Below are positions 34,859 to 38,025 of a DNA stretch of 38,025 nucleotides, piece by piece. Origin of the DNA: a virus (lineage: Duplodnaviria > Caudoviricetes); the IMG/VR virus record IMGVR_UViG_3300045410_000007, positions 1 to 38,025 of that record; one strand, given 5' to 3'. The position numbers were made by a program, and so were the translations under genes. The notes beneath the pieces were generated by a model. It did no database searches, had not been told where the DNA came from, and saw only the letters and a list, made by a program, of their open reading frames with translations. Positions within the stretch are counted from its first letter, which is position 1. Every line of letters starts with the position of its first letter.

Positions 34859-35457
34859 TTTGCAAGCTCCGCTTTGCGTGCATCCTTGGCCTTGATGATT
34901 GCCTTAGATGCTTCTTTATCCTTCGCTGTTTGGGCAGCGCCGAATGCGTCAGCGAATACAGTCTTGAGTTCGTCCATGGTCTTCGCTGATTGGATTAGCT
35001 CAATATACCCATCAGCTTCGAAGTCTCCCTGCTGGTATCGGCTCTCATCGTCTTCGCCGGTTTCAATTTCAAACAGCTTGAGAACGGCATACTTCTTTGC
35101 GTAGCTCAACGCCTTACCGGGTGCTTTGTCGGCGTTGTCCATCGCATGCGCTTCAATGGTGATAATCTCGCGCTCTTCCGGCTTGTCTGCATTGATGAAT
35201 GCGAACGAATAGGTGGCATCGTAACGGAATTGTTTTGCCTCACCCACGCGGTCATGCGCCGTTGATGTAACCAAGTTCGGCACACAGATAACGCCTAACT
35301 CATTCATGTGGGCGCGAAGGATGGCTGTTACTTGGTCATGAGTAACTGCCTTGTACGACCCGCCGCCAGCGCCTGTTGAGACGGATTTATCCTTTTGGAT
35401 GTAATCAACCTTTTTCCTGATTTCGTTGATCCGTTGATACAAATTTAATTCACTCAT
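34855..35457 (-). CDS. erf: ERF-family single-strand annealing protein
   Basis: DKAPGKALSYAKKYA...F.IETGEDD. Confidence 0.9.
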   Translation of the reverse strand: MSELNLYQRINEIRKKVDYIQKDKSVSTGAGGGSYKAVTHDQVTAILRAHMNELGVICVPNLVTSTAHDRVGEAKQFRYDATYSFAFINADKPEEREIITIEAHAMDNADKAPGKALSYAKKYAVLKLFEIETGEDDESRYQQGDFEADGYIELIQSAKTMDELKTVFADAFGAAQTAKDKEASKAIIKAKDARKAELAK

Positions 35458-35639
35458 TTGATTTCCACTTGTTGTTTACTCAATTTCTCCGCAACCCGAT
35501 CCAGCCTAAGTTGCGCTAGGCTCCTGATGTGGTGCGATACCATCGCGGCAATGTGGCAGCGTGCGCGCAGGCCGTCTTTGATGATCTCGACCTTGGCGAA
35601 ATCCGCCATGCGCTCGATATTTTGTTGCCAGTCGGACAT
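35454..35639 (-). CDS. Hypothetical protein
   Basis: GGAG RBS; overlaps the ERF start. Confidence 0.6.
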   Translation of the reverse strand: MSDWQQNIERMADFAKVEIIKDGLRARCHIAAMVSHHIRSLAQLRLDRVAEKLSKQQVEIK

Positions 35640-35651
35640 TTTCAATCTCTC

Positions 35652-35789
35652 CTATGCAAGGTACACCGTGACAAAAATCGCCGCTAAAACCCCTAGCAAA
35701 AATCCTCCAGAATTAACAGTTCGAGAAAGTGCGCATGCCGAAACAAATACCCATGCACCAGCGATTGCGATTCCAGTTCCTATATCCAT
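35652..35789 (-). CDS. Small two-TM membrane protein (45 aa)
   Basis: AAGGAG RBS; MDIGTGIAIAGAWVFVSACALSRTVNSGGFLLGVLAAIFVTVYLA. Confidence 0.65.
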   Translation of the reverse strand: MDIGTGIAIAGAWVFVSACALSRTVNSGGFLLGVLAAIFVTVYLA

Positions 35790-35815
35790 TCAATCTCCTT
35801 TATTTTTGGCCGAGA

Positions 35816-36016
35816 CTAAGTGCGAGTTACGGCCTCGATTTGATCCAGCGCGATTGTTTTTACAAGCAAGCGAGTAGAAGGGAATACGCCGAAAATTTTA
35901 TGTTTCTGCGTTATTTCAAGACTGGTAATTTCATTTCCCGTGTTTTCGATTTTGTACTCTTCGATTCCCGATAGCGCGATTACGTTGCCGCTCTTCATGT
36001 ATATTTTCAGCTTCAT
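35816..36016 (-). CDS. Hypothetical protein (66 aa)
   Basis: AAGGAG RBS; MKLKIYMKSGN. Confidence 0.75.
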   Translation of the reverse strand: MKLKIYMKSGNVIALSGIEEYKIENTGNEITSLEITQKHKIFGVFPSTRLLVKTIALDQIEAVTRT

Positions 36017-36029
36017 ATTAAATCTCCTT

Positions 36030-36470
36030 TATTTAGAGGTAGCAAGTCCATAGCAGGGGTTAGGTTCATACCCTACCTGCATCCCTATTCCTATTACCTG
36101 TTCCTGCATTTCACTCTGATTACGGGATCGGATTAGTCAGAATCCGCTACTGCCCTTCTGCGCAATCCCTCAACTGCGCATATGAACCCTTAGTTCCCGC
36201 GTCCTGTGCGCTTTGGCAAGCTGCACAACACCCCCTGCAAGTGCTGAAATGCTTTCGTTCGTCTGTTCATCCACGCCGCCGACTTTCGCGCTCAATACGT
36301 TTGGAGTACGGCAGAAAGAAAAAAAGCCCGATAAAAAACGACTCTGTTGACCAGCTTGCAAGGCAGTATTCTGTGGGAAACGTTGCGCCTTGAAAACTCA
36401 GAGCCGTCATTTAACGGGCTTTCTTCGTTTCCCACATTTGCTTTAGCATCCGGTCAAAATGCTTGCTGCA
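36030..36470 (-). ncRNA. Structured leader with a terminator hairpin and internal antisense segments
   Basis: AAAGCCCG/CGGGCTTTTTTT terminator; TTGACCGG/CTGGTCAA and TGTGGGAAACG/CGTTTCCCACA complementary pairs; further hairpins downstream. Confidence 0.6.
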
Positions 36471-36476
36471 CTTGGA

Positions 36477-36505
36477 ACAATAAAGCTATTCTGCAATTTT
36501 CGCAA
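36477..36505 (-). promoter_or_regulatory. sigma70-type promoter
   Basis: TTGCGA-17 bp-TATTGT. Confidence 0.55.
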
Positions 36506-36512
36506 CTCATTT

Positions 36513-36647
36513 TTACTCAAGCATCCCAACAATCCCATAAGCCAGCAGCAGCACGATCAGCGCAATCGCGGTGTATCGCGGACCCAGCGCATCCTCGACA
36601 ATCGACCATCGAACCGCGCCCATCTTGTCCAGACGCTGCGGCTTCAT
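36513..36647 (-). CDS. Small C-terminal TM protein
   Basis: ATGA overlap; hydrophobic C-terminus. Confidence 0.6.
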   Translation of the reverse strand: MKPQRLDKMGAVRWSIVEDALGPRYTAIALIVLLLAYGIVGMLE

Positions 36648-36856
36648 GGCTGGCTCAACACGATAAAGCCGATCACAACCACCGCCAGCGTGTAAACGCA
36701 AATAGAGAAGTACCAAGCGAAGCCGGTAATGTCGTCGTCATCGTCGGCTATCTCGTTATGCACGAACAGACACTCATCGCGCCCGAATGCCTCCTTCGTG
36801 GTGCGCGGGAAGCGGTGGCCGGCGTTGCCGTATTCGGCGTAGAGGTTGTCGGTCAT
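36644..36856 (-). CDS. Small membrane protein
   Basis: RFPRT..EAF motif plus C-terminal TM. Confidence 0.72.
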   Translation of the reverse strand: MTDNLYAEYGNAGHRFPRTTKEAFGRDECLFVHNEIADDDDDITGFAWYFSICVYTLAVVVIGFIVLSQP

Positions 36857-37059
36857 TTTGCGGACTCCAGTTGTTTGCGCGCCAAGAATTCATCCTCAAA
36901 CCGCTCCAAATCTGCGCGGAGCTCGGCCTCGGTTTGAGGCTTGCCGAACAAGCGCACCATCGCACCGTCAACCGCGTCCATCATCGGGTTGGCTTGCGCC
37001 AGAAATTGCGGCAGTCCCATCGCCTGAGTTCCTGCGCAGAGTGATTTGATTTCGTCCAT
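36853..37059 (-). CDS. Hypothetical protein
   Basis: AAGGAG RBS. Confidence 0.65.
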   Translation of the reverse strand: MDEIKSLCAGTQAMGLPQFLAQANPMMDAVDGAMVRLFGKPQTEAELRADLERFEDEFLARKQLESAK

Positions 37060-37112
37060 GTCACGTCTCCTTTGTTGTAAGTTGCTGGCGATGGTCTGCG
37101 CCAGACGGCAGG

Positions 37113-37352
37113 CTATGCGCGATTAATAATCCGCGGAATATCCATGCGAGGCATGTTCCCTAGCGAATAAAGGAAGTTGATACGCTTCACGTTAGGCACA
37201 AATCGACCGCCAACGAAAAGTTTAGGCGTATTCATTACCGCTTCGTGGATAGGTCGCAGCGATACCGGGTTATTCGGGTGCTTATCGTCATACGATTTCG
37301 AGTTGTTCCCGACGATTTTTGCGTTACGAATTGCTATGATAGATTTGCGCAT
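37113..37352 (-). CDS. Hypothetical basic protein (an in-frame upstream GTG at 37481 is also possible)
   Basis: AGGAGG RBS before ATG 37352. Confidence 0.6.
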   Translation of the reverse strand: MRKSIIAIRNAKIVGNNSKSYDDKHPNNPVSLRPIHEAVMNTPKLFVGGRFVPNVKRINFLYSLGNMPRMDIPRIINRA

Positions 37353-37492
37353 TGCATCCTCCTGTTTGTGGTTGTTTGGTGCTGCTGTTAAAGCCGCAGC
37401 TCGCATCCTGAGTCCCCGGTATCCGCGCCCGTAGTCGTTTTCCCTGTTTAACTCAGCCTCCGTATATGTCCGGCGGTTCACGGCGTTTTGCT

Positions 37493-38025
37493 TTATTCGC
37501 TCTTTACGAATTTTCCATCAGCATCAAGCTTATACCATATATCCTGCTCAATTCCGCTTTCTCCCTCATACGCAACAGATATTCTGTAGCGATTTTCTGA
37601 TTCAACCCAACGAGCCAAAGACCCGGTGCAATTCTTTCCGAGCTTTATCTTCCCGTTTAAGCCAGCACAGCACGCAACCCCCGAATATCCAGTTAATTCG
37701 TGCTTGCTGTTGTCCCCGCTGCTGGCGTGCTGGCTGTAGTCCCCGCTGCTGGCGTGCTTGCTGTTGTACCCGCTGCTGGCGTGCTGGCTGTTGTCCCCGC
37801 TGCTGGCGTGCTTGCTGTTGTCCCCGCTGCTGGCGTGCTGGCTGTTGTCCCCGCTGCTGGCGTGCTGGCTGTAGTCCCCGCTGCTGGCGTGCTGGCTGTT
37901 GTACCCGCTGCTGGCGTGCTGGCTGTTGTACCCGCTGCTGGCGTGCTGGCTGTAGTCCCCGCTGCTGGCGTGCTTGCTGTAGTCCCCGCTGCTGGCGTGC
38001 TGGCTGTTGTACCCGCTGCTGGCGT
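37493..38025 (-). CDS. C-terminal part of the DUF7666-like repeat protein
   Basis: Repeats then ...RYRISVAYEGESGIEQDIWYKLDADGKFVKSE*, the usual C-terminus of this family. Confidence 0.88.
   Translation of the reverse strand, partial: ASSGYNSQHASSGDYSKHASSGDYSQHASSGYNSQHASSGYNSQHASSGDYSQHASSGDNSQHASSGDNSKHASSGDNSQHASSGYNSKHASSGDYSQHASSGDNSKHELTGYSGVACCAGLNGKIKLGKNCTGSLARWVESENRYRISVAYEGESGIEQDIWYKLDADGKFVKSE
37702..38025. repeat. 27-bp tandem repeat, ~12 units (same as 1-355)
   Basis: Directly visible. Confidence 0.98.

Larger units (their letters stand above)
1..38025. mobile_element. Near-complete tailed bacteriophage genome (podovirus-type virion module, lambdoid early region)
   Basis: Terminase, portal, capsid, tail, lysis, replication and recombination modules all present; no host genes; both ends lie in the same repeat within one gene. 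Confidence 0.93.

Noticed and set aside
37170-37200. GTTAGGCAC as another attC core
   Set aside because: No L boxes or partner arm; lies mid-gene

Overview
This window looks like an essentially complete ~38 kb tailed-phage genome with a short-tailed (podovirus-type, P22-like gene order) virion module. Its host is Gram-negative, judging by the embedded spanin pair. The contig is broken inside a 27-bp coding tandem repeat: one minus-strand gene starts at 703, runs off position 1 and finishes at 37493, so the molecule is probably circular or circularly permuted. Layout is lambdoid. Divergent promoters lie at ~1580-1650. The rightward arm carries a Cro-like gene, replication initiator, DnaC-like ATPase, radical SAM, a nin-like region, RusA, terminase, portal, capsid, a sugar-modification cluster, tail/ejection proteins and lysis genes. 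The leftward arm carries ERF, YqaJ and small genes. I found no integrase, CI repressor, N or Q. The most striking feature is an integron-like cassette array at ~6700-9170: six intact attC-like sites, one half site and one degenerate terminal site, plus a solitary site at 1844. The two ends of each cassette are complementary, as expected from circular intermediates. Every gene is inverted relative to classical cassettes, and no integron integrase is present. The early leaders are also packed with long-stem, cloverleaf-like RNA modules. All product calls come from motif recognition and synteny by eye, not from database searches.
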